Of a stretch of 64,000 bases of DNA, positions 42,281 to 52,130 are shown one piece after another. The DNA is from Pirellulales bacterium (lineage in GTDB: Bacteria > Planctomycetota > Planctomycetia > Pirellulales > PALSA-1355): assembly GCA_963733035.1 (NCBI GenBank), contig CAVTBU010000005.1:1984001-2048000 (forward strand), written 5' to 3'. The notes beneath the pieces were generated by a model that saw only the letters and a list, made by a program, of their open reading frames with translations, had not been told where the DNA came from and made no database searches. The translations under genes and the position numbers were made by a program. Each line of letters begins with the position of its first letter. Positions within the stretch are counted from its first letter, which is position 1.

Positions 42281-43681
42281 TTACTCGGGCAGCGGCTTAC
42301 CCATCGTCTCTGGCGCAAATGGCAACACAACCAAACCCAGGAGAAAGATGCCGCACATCGTCACGCCGGCGTACCGCATCGGTTCGGGAAAGTCAGCATA
42401 GACATAGGCCGTCAGAACGCCGAGCGCTGCCGGTCCCAGTGCCGCGACGAACCGCCCCACGTTGTAGCAGAACGAAGTGCCCGTGCTGCGCAGACGCGTG
42501 GGAAACAACTCTGGGAAGTAAATCGCATAGCCACCAAACAAGGCCAACTGGCAGAAGCCCATGATGAAGATGGGCAGCAAGCCGACCGGCAGCGGTCCGA
42601 TGAACTGGGTCACGTCTTGCAGAAACCAGAACACGTATGCCGTGCTGACCATCGCTGCCAGGAACGCGACGGCAAACGCCGGCCGCCGTCCGGTGTACTG
42701 GGTAATCACACTGAACGAATAGATGCCGCAGAACCCACCCAGGTTCTGCACGATCGAGACCATGCCCGTCCAGTTGCCAACGCGGACTTTAACTTCGCTG
42801 GGACCGAGCCCTTCGGCCTCGAACCGGTTCCGCAGCACGGTGGAAATCAGATCGTAGCTGAAGAATCCAATACCCCACAATCCGACCACGCCGGCAAAGG
42901 CCAGCAGCATGCCCACGATAGCGTTACGCCGCCAGCGCGGATCCGCAAACAGATCAGCGTATGAGCCCAGATGCGACTTCTGTTCGTGGGCGGCCACGTT
43001 TTTCCAGCGATCAGGTTCTTTCAATCGCCGTCGAATGAGCAAGGCCAAAAGCGCCGGCAGCGTTCCCACGACGAACATGATTCGCCAGGCACTGCCGACC
43101 ATACCGGAACTCTCCAACTGGGTCATACCCATACTGATGAACGCCGCCGAGATATTGCCCACTGCCGACAATGCCTGCAACAGACCAAGGGCAAACGGCC
43201 GCGCCCGATCAGGCATGACCTCGGCAACCAGCGAGACGCCGACGGCAAACTCGCCGCCTACACCCAACCCAGTCAGGAAGCGATAGAAGGCAAAATCCCA
43301 GAACCCGACCGACAGCGCGCTCAGACCGGTGAACAGGGAGTAGATCAGAATCGTGAAAACCATCGTCTTGGCACGGCCGATTCGGTCGCCTAGCACGCCA
43401 AAAAACAAACCGCCGCTCGCCCAGCCAATCAAGAAAATCGACGTTGCATAGCCGGCGTACTCGTTGACGACCCGCAGGTCCTCGGACTTCTGCTCGGCGG
43501 TCAAGTCTTCGCCGTCGTCGGCCGGTTTGGCACCGACCAGTTCGATCATCGCGGGTCGCCGCGCCAGGGCAAACAACTGTTGGTCCATCGTGTCGAACAG
43601 CCACCCCAGGGCGGCTACGGTCAACACAAACCAGTGATAACGATTCAGTTCGCGGTACCAGCGATAGGGCCGTTCGTTCAT
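42281..43681 (-). CDS. MFS transporter
   Basis: About 12 TM segments; motif A GVLGDRIGR, RFLTGLGVGGE, ELFPTRLR. Confidence 0.92.
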   Translation of the reverse strand: MNERPYRWYRELNRYHWFVLTVAALGWLFDTMDQQLFALARRPAMIELVGAKPADDGEDLTAEQKSEDLRVVNEYAGYATSIFLIGWASGGLFFGVLGDRIGRAKTMVFTILIYSLFTGLSALSVGFWDFAFYRFLTGLGVGGEFAVGVSLVAEVMPDRARPFALGLLQALSAVGNISAAFISMGMTQLESSGMVGSAWRIMFVVGTLPALLALLIRRRLKEPDRWKNVAAHEQKSHLGSYADLFADPRWRRNAIVGMLLAFAGVVGLWGIGFFSYDLISTVLRNRFEAEGLGPSEVKVRVGNWTGMVSIVQNLGGFCGIYSFSVITQYTGRRPAFAVAFLAAMVSTAYVFWFLQDVTQFIGPLPVGLLPIFIMGFCQLALFGGYAIYFPELFPTRLRSTGTSFCYNVGRFVAALGPAALGVLTAYVYADFPEPMRYAGVTMCGIFLLGLVVLPFAPETMGKPLPE

Positions 43682-43914
43682 GCCGTCGGTGATCCTCTCG
43701 GAAATCGTGGGCGGAAAACGGGTTGCGGCTACTTGGCAAGGACCCGTGCGGGCTGCTGCCTAACGCGCATCGGTCGGATATGCCCTCCCAGTAGTCGCGT
43801 CATCGTAACCCAGGGACCCCTACATTGCGAGGGTGCGGTTTTCCCGAAGTCCGCGGGGCGAGAAGACCTGCGGCCGAGGAGTGAAATGAATACGTCGAAT
43901 CCGAGGAAAAAGAC

Positions 43915-43943
43915 TTGACGTAATTAGACCAACGCCATATCGT
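43915..43943 (+). promoter_or_regulatory. Candidate sigma70 promoter for the PEP-CTERM protease gene
   Basis: TTGACG-17 nt-TATCGT in an AT-rich intergenic patch. Confidence 0.45.
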
Positions 43944-44222
43944 GAAGAAAGCTTACTGAACCGTTAGACCACCGCCTTTTCGCTGGGCTAATGATCTAAA
44001 GACCGAGAGTTCTTGCCGCACGCATTTTTTGCGTCCCCGTTCGGTTGCGGCAGTTCTTCCTCTCTCGGGACTTCCCGCGTCTTTGTCGCGCACTCGCATC
44101 CGGCAACCCTTAACCGCGTTCTGAAAAGAACGTCCGTGTTAACAGCCGCCGGTCAGGCGATGCGCAACGTATTCCGATCCCCAAGCAACGTGTTGGTTTC
44201 TGGCATGATCATTTTCCTCCGC

Positions 44223-45623
44223 ATGCGGAATGTGCAAATCGTCGTGGTCGCGTTGGCCGTGGCCTTACTGGTCCGGACGGCGTGGGCCGTCGATATTGAC
44301 GGCGTTCGCGAAGGGTCCCTCGATCAACCGCGCATGAACTTCGTGATCGAACCCGGCGCAGGCGGCGATCCGTACAGCTACGAAGGGCTTTTCGGCGGAA
44401 CGTCGATCAATATCTTCGGATTCCTCGATACCGGGGCAAGCGGCGTGGTCATCAGCGACGCGTCGGCCACGACGCTGCAAATGCCACGACAAGCGGGCGT
44501 CCAGTTTTTCGATGTGGGTGTCGGTGGATCCTCGTTGTACGACGTAAGCGAATCGGTACGGATTCGCGCCGCCGCTTCGACGTCGACGGCGATTGACAAC
44601 CTATCCACCTATCAAACCGTCTACAACCAGGTCACCGGTCCGACGAACATTCAGATCGGGCCAACCAACACCTCGCCAGATCCGCTGTCCGATCCGCTCG
44701 ATGTCTTCGGTATGCCGGTGATGATGGGCAAGACCGTCGTGATGGACCCGAGACCAGTCAACGACTTGAGTGATCTGATGCACACTTTCATCTATGATCA
44801 GGGCACGCCATTCCATCCGAGCACGACGAATACGGATCCGGGTATTCCCACCACCAGCCACCATGTGCAGCTGAGCTACGGTGATTTCACCCGATTCACC
44901 GAGTTGTCACCGCCGGGAGCTCAAGGACCGCAGTTCAGCCACAACCCGTTCATCGGCCCCAACCCGGTATTGCAACTCGATAACAATCCGCCGGTCGACA
45001 ATACACCGCCGGTGAATGTCTCGTTCAACGGAGTGGAAGCCTCGGGCAGTTTCCTGCTCGACACCGGGGCCGCGGCGTCTTTCATTTCGACCAGCCTGGC
45101 GGCGTCGCTTCACGTGCGCTATAGCGAGAACCCGCCCGCCGGCACAACGCAGCTCGAGACTTTCGATCCCGCTCATCCCGAGCTTCCCGGCACGCCCATC
45201 GCCAATCAATTCCAGTTGCCCATCCAGGGCCTCGGTGGCACGGTAGATCTGGCGGGCTTCTTTCTCGACGACCTGTTGCTGCACACGACCGAAGGCAGTC
45301 TTGACCCCAACGATCCCAACAATCTTCGCTACTTGCACGCTCCAGTGCTGGTGAACGACATCACGGTGGTCGACCCGATCACCGATCAAACTCTTACGCT
45401 CGACGGTGTGTTTGGCACGAACTTCCTGGTGGCCAGCATTGGGTTTGATTTTGGCGACGCGCGCGAATCGCCATACAATTGGATCACGTTTGACGAGCCG
45501 AACGGAATTCTGGGGCTGGACCTCGCCGCCAACGTCCCGGAACCGAGCACGTGCGTATTGGCCAGCCTGGGTTTAATGTTGCTCAGCGGATTGGCATGGC
45601 GCAAGCGACACAAAGCCAGGTAG
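44223..45623 (+). CDS. Secreted aspartic protease with PEP-CTERM sorting signal
   Basis: Signal peptide ending TAWA; two catalytic motifs FLDTGAS and LLDTGAA; 'DGVFGTNFL'; C-terminal VPEPST-TM-RKRHKAR. Start could also be 44160 or 44205. Confidence 0.82.
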   Translation: MRNVQIVVVALAVALLVRTAWAVDIDGVREGSLDQPRMNFVIEPGAGGDPYSYEGLFGGTSINIFGFLDTGASGVVISDASATTLQMPRQAGVQFFDVGVGGSSLYDVSESVRIRAAASTSTAIDNLSTYQTVYNQVTGPTNIQIGPTNTSPDPLSDPLDVFGMPVMMGKTVVMDPRPVNDLSDLMHTFIYDQGTPFHPSTTNTDPGIPTTSHHVQLSYGDFTRFTELSPPGAQGPQFSHNPFIGPNPVLQLDNNPPVDNTPPVNVSFNGVEASGSFLLDTGAAASFISTSLAASLHVRYSENPPAGTTQLETFDPAHPELPGTPIANQFQLPIQGLGGTVDLAGFFLDDLLLHTTEGSLDPNDPNNLRYLHAPVLVNDITVVDPITDQTLTLDGVFGTNFLVASIGFDFGDARESPYNWITFDEPNGILGLDLAANVPEPSTCVLASLGLMLLSGLAWRKRHKAR

Positions 45624-45670
45624 TTGCTGTTCCGCAGCCGATGGCCTTGCGAGTTTTCGCGTGTGAGCCC

Positions 45671-47087
45671 TCAGAAGTTCAGCGCATTCCGAATGCGCTC
45701 GGCCGCTAGCTCGCCACTGTGGATACAATTTGGCACGCCCACGCCGTGGTAGGCATTGCCTGCCAATTCCAAGCCTGGCCATCGCTGCAGGCCACTTTCG
45801 ATCGCCGCGACTCGTTCGTTGTGCCCGAGGTGGTACTGGGGCATCGAGTCTGGCCAGCGCACCACACCGGCAAACAGTGGCTCACCCTGCGCATCCAGTA
45901 GTGTTCGCAATTCGTCGACGGCAATTGCTATCAACTGATCGTCCGACAGCGCGTTCAACTCGCTCTGGCAGGCCCCGCCGATAAACACCCGCACGAGCAC
46001 ACACCCGGCGGGCGCGCGGCCCTCGAACTTTGCGCTGGCAAAGCTACCCGCCAGAATACGGCGTTTTTCTACCGCCGGCACGACGAAGCCAAAACCGTCC
46101 AGTTCGTTTCCGATTTGTTCGCGACGGTAGCCCAGCGTCACGATGGACGTGCCGGCGTATTCGATTTTTGCCAGTTCGCGTGAAACATCCGGATCGAGAT
46201 TCGCCAACAGCTTCGCCGCTTGCGGCGCGCGCGGTGCCAGGATCAGGCCCTCGCACCGAATCGGATCAGTGCTGCCCGATACACGTAGCGTCCAGCCCCC
46301 TTCCGCTTCATGTTCAATGTTTTCAACAGGACTATTGAGTCGGACGGTGCCGGCGGGCAAGCGGTCGACCAACCGCTCAATAAGCGAACTCATCCCGTTG
46401 CGAAGCGTGACAAACAGCCCGTAGCGAGCGCCGCTGTCCTGCGCGCTTTGCTACCGTAGCCGCGCGGGCCCCGCGGATCAGGCTACCCCAGCGGCGCTCC
46501 ATCTCGATGAACCGCGGCATGGTGGCGGCTAGACTAAGCTTCTCGGGATCGGCCGTATAGATTCCACCGACCAGCGGCTGCACGATGCGTTCGAAAGTCT
46601 CTCGTCCCAAGCGACGCCGAGCGAATGCGGCAAGGCTCTCATCGCCGTCGCCGGCACGCCGCGGCACGAAACGTTCAGCCAGCAATCTCATCTTGCCTTG
46701 CGGGCTCAGAATCGGCGTTGTCACCAGGGACCAAAATCTTGCCGGGGCCAGCAGCATGAAGCCCGCCGGCACGCGGACCAGCCTTCCACGATGCACCACC
46801 AGGGCACCGCGCTGCTGAGTGCGGGTTGCGATCAACTCGTCGCCGAGCCCGATTCGCCGGCAAAGGTCGACGGCCCAGGGAACGTCTGTGATGAAATTAT
46901 CGGCGCTTTGTTCGATCAGAAATCCGTCTCGACGAACGGTATGCAGCACGCCGCCGACCCGATCACCCGCTTCCAACAAAATGACCTCGATCGACGAGTC
47001 GAGTTCCATAAGCCGATGTGCCGCGGCGAGGCCGCTAATGCCTCCGCCAATTACCGCAACGGTTTTTCGAGTACCAGCAGCATTCAT
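45671..47087 (-). CDS. hemY: Protoporphyrinogen/coproporphyrinogen oxidase (HemY); frameshift near 46445
   Basis: IGGGISGL, EQSADNF, PLVGGIY, DSGARYGLF (shifted frame), GFGFVVP, MPQY, GVGVPNCI. Confidence 0.88.
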
Positions 47088-47271
47088 GGCAAATTACGTA
47101 GTAGGCGCGGAGTCTAAGGCAAGCCGTGGTTGGCATGCTCCACAATCCTATCATGGCCGAGCGGGGTGCGACCAACCCCGTACCCGGCAGTCGAGACCTC
47201 CTCCGGGATGGACGGTTGACGATTGCAATCGCGGCTCGACCGAACCGAAATGAGGCGCATTTGGACGTGAT

Positions 47272-47301
47272 TTGACTCGCCCGGCGGCGGCAACCCATAA
47301 T
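47272..47301 (+). promoter_or_regulatory. Candidate sigma70 promoter of the cytochrome/DUF1549 operon
   Basis: TTGACT-18 nt-CATAAT, 50 nt upstream of ATG 47351. Confidence 0.4.
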
Positions 47302-47350
47302 ACTTCAGGTAATGGAAGAGACGGGTATTCGCACCTGGGAGACCTTATCG

Positions 47351-48319
47351 ATGAGCGTTCGACGTGTCGCGCAAGTGGCGGTTTGCTGTGCCGTGGGATT
47401 GATTTTCAGCGGTCCTCAGGCACTGGCCATTCCTCCCTTCATGAAGGAATTCCAAGCGAAGTACGCCAAGCCTGACTCCGCGGACGAGAAGGAGAAAGAA
47501 TACGCGAAGATCCTCGTTGAGACCGTCAAGTGCAACGTTTGTCACGTGCAGGGCGAGCCCAAAAAAGTTCGCAACGCCTACGGCACAGAACTTAGCAAAC
47601 TGCTGAAGAAAGACGATTTCAAGTCCGAACGTCTCAAGGAAGAGCCTGAAAAGTGTTCGGCCGAGATCGTTGCCGCGCTGGACGCCGTGGCCGCGATGAA
47701 GTCCTCTGGCGAGGACTCGCCAACTTTCGGCGAGATAATCGCTCAGTACAAGCTGCCAGTCGACGCACCGGCGGCCGTGGCAAAATCCGATGAGCCGGCG
47801 CCCATGCCCGCGCCCGATGAGCCGGCTCCTGCGGCGGCCGCCGAAGTCCCTCCTTCGGCAGAAACCCAAACCGCAATTGACGCCATCAACAAGATCGGTG
47901 GCACGGTGATGGAATTGGCCCAGAACGATGACTCGCTCGTCGTCGATTTTCATCTGGGCGGCACGGCGCTCACGGACGATGGGTTGGCGCAAGTGAAATT
48001 ACTTCCCAAAGTCGTGCAGCTCGACCTCAAGGATACGCAGATCACAGACGCCGGGCTCGCGCAGATCGCCGGGCTGGCAACTCTCAACAAGCTGCATCTC
48101 GAAAAGACGAAGGTCACCGATGCGGGTCTGGCCCATCTGAAGGATCTCGGCAACCTTGAGTACCTCAATCTCTATGGCACGGCGGTGACCGACGCGGGCC
48201 TCGAACACCTGAAGTCGCTCGGCAAGCTCAAGAAGCTCTATGTCTGGCAAACTCAGGTAACGGACGAAGGGATTGCGAAGCTCAAGGAATCGCTGCCGGA
48301 ATTGACGGTCGTGAAGTAG
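47351..48319 (+). CDS. Exported c-type cytochrome fused to leucine-rich repeats
   Basis: Signal peptide (..QALA), CNVCH heme motif, Pro/Ala linker, 24-aa LRRs 'LxLxxTxVTDAGLxHL'. Confidence 0.82.
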   Translation: MSVRRVAQVAVCCAVGLIFSGPQALAIPPFMKEFQAKYAKPDSADEKEKEYAKILVETVKCNVCHVQGEPKKVRNAYGTELSKLLKKDDFKSERLKEEPEKCSAEIVAALDAVAAMKSSGEDSPTFGEIIAQYKLPVDAPAAVAKSDEPAPMPAPDEPAPAAAAEVPPSAETQTAIDAINKIGGTVMELAQNDDSLVVDFHLGGTALTDDGLAQVKLLPKVVQLDLKDTQITDAGLAQIAGLATLNKLHLEKTKVTDAGLAHLKDLGNLEYLNLYGTAVTDAGLEHLKSLGKLKKLYVWQTQVTDEGIAKLKESLPELTVVK

Positions 48320-48447
48320 CCCTAAACTGTCTCTACAAAAGGACCTGCAATCCATTAAAAAGCGTTGATTGTAGGCCGCCGATCGCTTAAATTACAGGCT
48401 GACCGAAAGCGGATCCTACCCCGACCTTTCCCGCCTACAGCCTGTCC

Positions 48448-50694
48448 ATGCTTCGCGCCTTCCCACAATGTGCGCTCGTGCTGTTTGCCGCCGCGGCCTT
48501 GGCCTGTCTGGCGTTCGGCTTGCCTGCCTGGGCGAACACGCCTGACGTGCAGGACGACGTAACTCCAACTCCCACAATCATCGCGGGCAAAGTGAACTTC
48601 GAATTGGACGTCCTGCCCGTGCTGACCGCGGCCGGATGCAATGCCGGCGCCTGCCACGGCAAGGCTCGCGGACAGAACGGTTTTGCTCTCTCGCTGTTGG
48701 GGTTCGACCCGGCGTTCGACTACTCGGCCATTGTCGAGGAGGGACACGGCCGACGGGTTTTTCCGGCCGCTCCGGAAAACAGTCTGCTACTGCGAAAGGC
48801 GTCGCTGCGCGTTCCGCACGGTGGCGGCGAACGGCTGAAGCCCGGCAGTCCTGAATATGACCTCGTCCGCCGTTGGATCGCCTCGGGCATGGCTCGTGCG
48901 GGAGCCAATGCGCCCACGCTCGATGGCGTGACCGTTGAACCAGACGAGCATGTGATGCCGGCTAGTTCAACTGAACAACTCAAGGTGTTGGCGCACTACT
49001 CAGACGGTTCGGTGCGCGACGTCACGCCGCTCACCGATTTTTCGTCGAACGAGCCCGGCGTGGTTTCCGTCGACAGCGGCTTGGTAAAGGCAGGCAAGTT
49101 GCCCGGCGAGGCCACGCTGTCGATCCGCTACATGAACAACATCGTCCCCTGGAACACGGCCATTCCGATTGCAGGGTCTGTCGAGGTGGGATTGTACGAC
49201 CAGTTGCCTCGGCAGAATTTCATCGATGGCCTGGTGTGGGAAAAACTGCAAACCGTGGGAATTGTTCCCAGCGAACCGGCACCCGAGCATACTTTCCTCC
49301 GCCGGGCGTATCTCGATGTCATCGGTCGACTCCCCACGCCGGAAGAATCTCGCGAGTATTTGGCCGATCGGTCGCCGAGCAAGCGCGAAGAACTAATCGA
49401 TTCGCTATTGGCGCGGCCTGAGTATGCCGACTACTGGGCGAATAAGTGGGTCGATTTGCTGCGGCCGAACCCTTACCGCGTCGGAATCAAGCCCACCATG
49501 GCCTTCGACGCCTGGATCCGGCAGGCGTTCCGCGAGAATCGACCGTATGACCAGTTCGTGCGCGATTTGGTCACCGCGCAGGGGAGCGCCTGGCGGAATG
49601 GCGCAGCAACACTGTTTCGCGATCGCCGCACGCCCGATGAAATCACGCCGGTTATCAGCCAGTTGTTTCTCGGTATCCGGCTGGAGTGCGCCAAGTGCCA
49701 TCACCATCCGTTTGAAGTTTGGGGCCAGGACGATTTTTATGGTTTGGCCGCCTACTTTGCGCGCGTCGCGCATAAGGGCGAGGGCATTTCGCCGCCGATC
49801 TCCGGTGGCGAGGAAGTGGTCTACGTTGCCGACGCCGGGTCGGTACGGCATCCGATCACACGAGAAGTTATGGAGCCGCGGCCGCTATTTGGCGAGGCCC
49901 GTCCCATCGCACCGGGCGAAGACCCACGCCAAGCGCTTGCCGAGTGGATTACCGCGGACGACAACCCATTCTTCGCTCAAGTGGCCGTTAATCGCGTGTG
50001 GGCCGAGTTGATGGGGCGTGGTTTGACCGAGCCAGTCGACGATCTGCGGGCCACGAACCCACCCAGCAATCCGGCCCTGCTCGAAGCGTTGGCAGCCGAT
50101 TTTCGCAAGCAGGGGTATGACCTGAAGAAACTGATTCGCCAGATCATGACCTCGCATGTTTATGCGATCTCGTCCACGCCCAACAAGCGGAACGTATCCG
50201 ATACGCGGAATTATTCGCGACACTATCGCACCCGACTGAAGGCCGAAGTGCTGCTTGACGCGGTGTGCGATGCGACCGGCGCGCCCGAATCATTTGGCGG
50301 CATGCCGGAGGGAACACGGAGCATGGAGATTTGGACGCACCGCGTAGGCTCGCTGTTTTTGGATGCGTTTGGCCGGCCCGACGCCAACCAAGATCCACCC
50401 TACGAGCGACAGCCAGACTCCACAATCGTGCAGGCGTTGCACCTGATGAACGCACCAGAATTGCACGAAAAGATTACCGACGAGCACGGCCGAGCAGCCG
50501 AACTGGCGGCCAGTGACAAAACGGCCGAGGCGATCGTCGAAGAACTCTATTTGCTGCTCTATAGCCGTTTTCCGAACGACGAAGAGCGACAAGCGGTGTT
50601 GTCGGCATTTACCGCGATGCCAAGCCGTGTTCAGGCGACCGAAGACCTGATGTGGGCGTTGATGAACACGCCCGAATTCATCTTTAAGGATTAG
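48448..50694 (+). CDS. DUF1549/DUF1553 planctomycete cytochrome-like protein with Ig-like domain
   Basis: GCNAGACHG, PHGGG, FLRRAYLDVIGRLPT, ECAKCHHHP, VNRVWAELMGRG, DLMWALMNTPEF. Confidence 0.9.
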   Translation: MLRAFPQCALVLFAAAALACLAFGLPAWANTPDVQDDVTPTPTIIAGKVNFELDVLPVLTAAGCNAGACHGKARGQNGFALSLLGFDPAFDYSAIVEEGHGRRVFPAAPENSLLLRKASLRVPHGGGERLKPGSPEYDLVRRWIASGMARAGANAPTLDGVTVEPDEHVMPASSTEQLKVLAHYSDGSVRDVTPLTDFSSNEPGVVSVDSGLVKAGKLPGEATLSIRYMNNIVPWNTAIPIAGSVEVGLYDQLPRQNFIDGLVWEKLQTVGIVPSEPAPEHTFLRRAYLDVIGRLPTPEESREYLADRSPSKREELIDSLLARPEYADYWANKWVDLLRPNPYRVGIKPTMAFDAWIRQAFRENRPYDQFVRDLVTAQGSAWRNGAATLFRDRRTPDEITPVISQLFLGIRLECAKCHHHPFEVWGQDDFYGLAAYFARVAHKGEGISPPISGGEEVVYVADAGSVRHPITREVMEPRPLFGEARPIAPGEDPRQALAEWITADDNPFFAQVAVNRVWAELMGRGLTEPVDDLRATNPPSNPALLEALAADFRKQGYDLKKLIRQIMTSHVYAISSTPNKRNVSDTRNYSRHYRTRLKAEVLLDAVCDATGAPESFGGMPEGTRSMEIWTHRVGSLFLDAFGRPDANQDPPYERQPDSTIVQALHLMNAPELHEKITDEHGRAAELAASDKTAEAIVEELYLLLYSRFPNDEERQAVLSAFTAMPSRVQATEDLMWALMNTPEFIFKD

Positions 50695-50784
50695 AAACGC
50701 CCACGGCCGATTTCACACACTTACGACGACTGAATAGGGCGCCCGAGGTTCACTGAACCAATAGACCGCCAAGGAACCCGATCA

Positions 50785-52128
50785 ATGGCTTTTCATACCA
50801 ACTGCGAAGGCATGAGCCGTCGCGACTGCCTAAAGCTCGGTGTCAGCTTTCTCGCCGGTGGCAGCTTCGTGAACCTGCTGCGGCTCAAGGGAGTGGCGGC
50901 CCAAGCGGTATCGCCGGTCAAGCGACCGTCGAGTTGCATCTTGATCTGGATGGATGGCGGACCGACGCATTTCGAAACCTTCGATCCGAAGCCCGAAGCT
51001 CCGGCCGAGATTCGCGGTGAATTTAATCCGATTCGCACGAAGATTCCCGGAGTCTATTTCTCGCAGCACATGACCCGGCTGGCGAGCATCGCGGACAAAC
51101 TGGCAGTCGTGCGGTCCGTGCGTCATAACCAGGGGAATCATGGCGCAGGCAATCACTACATGATGACCGGTTCGCCGCCGCGCATTCCAGTCGGCTGCGG
51201 TGCCTTTGTCAGCTTTCACCCCAGCATGGGATCGGTCGCGGCCTATGAGCGCGGGGCCCCAGAGGGTCTGCCGGCCTATTTCTCGATGCCAAATATGTCG
51301 CGCTCGGGCGGCCCGAATTTCTTGGGTGCCAAGTACGCGCCCTTCGTCGTGTCTGACGATCCCAACGGCGAGGATTTCCGCGTCCGCGACGTGGCGCTGC
51401 CGGCGGGCTTGAGCGACGACCGGTTTCACACGCGACGCGACCTCCGGCACCTGGTCGACCGTTTCCAGCGGATCACCGACTCCGCCGCAGCCGATCCGGT
51501 CAATGCCATCGACGAATACTATCGTCAGGGTTACAACCTGATGACCAGCCCCGCGGCGCAAAAAGCGTTTGACATCCACACCGAGACGGACAAAGTTCGC
51601 GACGCCTATGGCCGCAATGGATTCGGCCAGCGGGCCCTGCTGGCGCACCGCCTGGTCGAGGCGGGCGTGCCGTTCGTCACGCTGTACGACGGCGGCTGGG
51701 ACCACCACTCGGAGATTTTCAGTGGCTTGCCCAAGAAGTTGCCGCCGTTCGAGAACGCAATCGCCACCTTGATCGAAGACCTCGATGACCGCGGCATGCT
51801 CGATACGACCATGGTCATCGCTTTGGGCGAATTTGGCCGCACGCCTAAGATCTCGCAACTGACCGGTCGCAGCAGCCCGGGCCGCGACCATTGGGCCAAC
51901 GCCATGTCGATCATGTTCGCAGGCGGCGGTACGCCCGGCGGACAGGTCGTTGGAGCAACCGACCGCAACGGTCATTCGGCCTGCGAAAGGATTCTGTCGC
52001 CGGAGAATTTCGTGTCGACTGTCTACAGCAAGATGGGGATCGACCCTGGCAAGATCTATCACACGCCGCAAGGACGCCCAGTGCATTTGGTGAGCGACAG
52101 CGAGCCGATCGCGGAACTGATGGGGTAG
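50785..52128 (+). CDS. DUF1501 family protein (Tat-type signal)
   Basis: SRRDCLK, WMDGGPTHFETFDPKP, GWDHH, GEFGRTP, GRDHW. Confidence 0.92.
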   Translation: MAFHTNCEGMSRRDCLKLGVSFLAGGSFVNLLRLKGVAAQAVSPVKRPSSCILIWMDGGPTHFETFDPKPEAPAEIRGEFNPIRTKIPGVYFSQHMTRLASIADKLAVVRSVRHNQGNHGAGNHYMMTGSPPRIPVGCGAFVSFHPSMGSVAAYERGAPEGLPAYFSMPNMSRSGGPNFLGAKYAPFVVSDDPNGEDFRVRDVALPAGLSDDRFHTRRDLRHLVDRFQRITDSAAADPVNAIDEYYRQGYNLMTSPAAQKAFDIHTETDKVRDAYGRNGFGQRALLAHRLVEAGVPFVTLYDGGWDHHSEIFSGLPKKLPPFENAIATLIEDLDDRGMLDTTMVIALGEFGRTPKISQLTGRSSPGRDHWANAMSIMFAGGGTPGGQVVGATDRNGHSACERILSPENFVSTVYSKMGIDPGKIYHTPQGRPVHLVSDSEPIAELMG

Positions 52129-52130
52129 GC

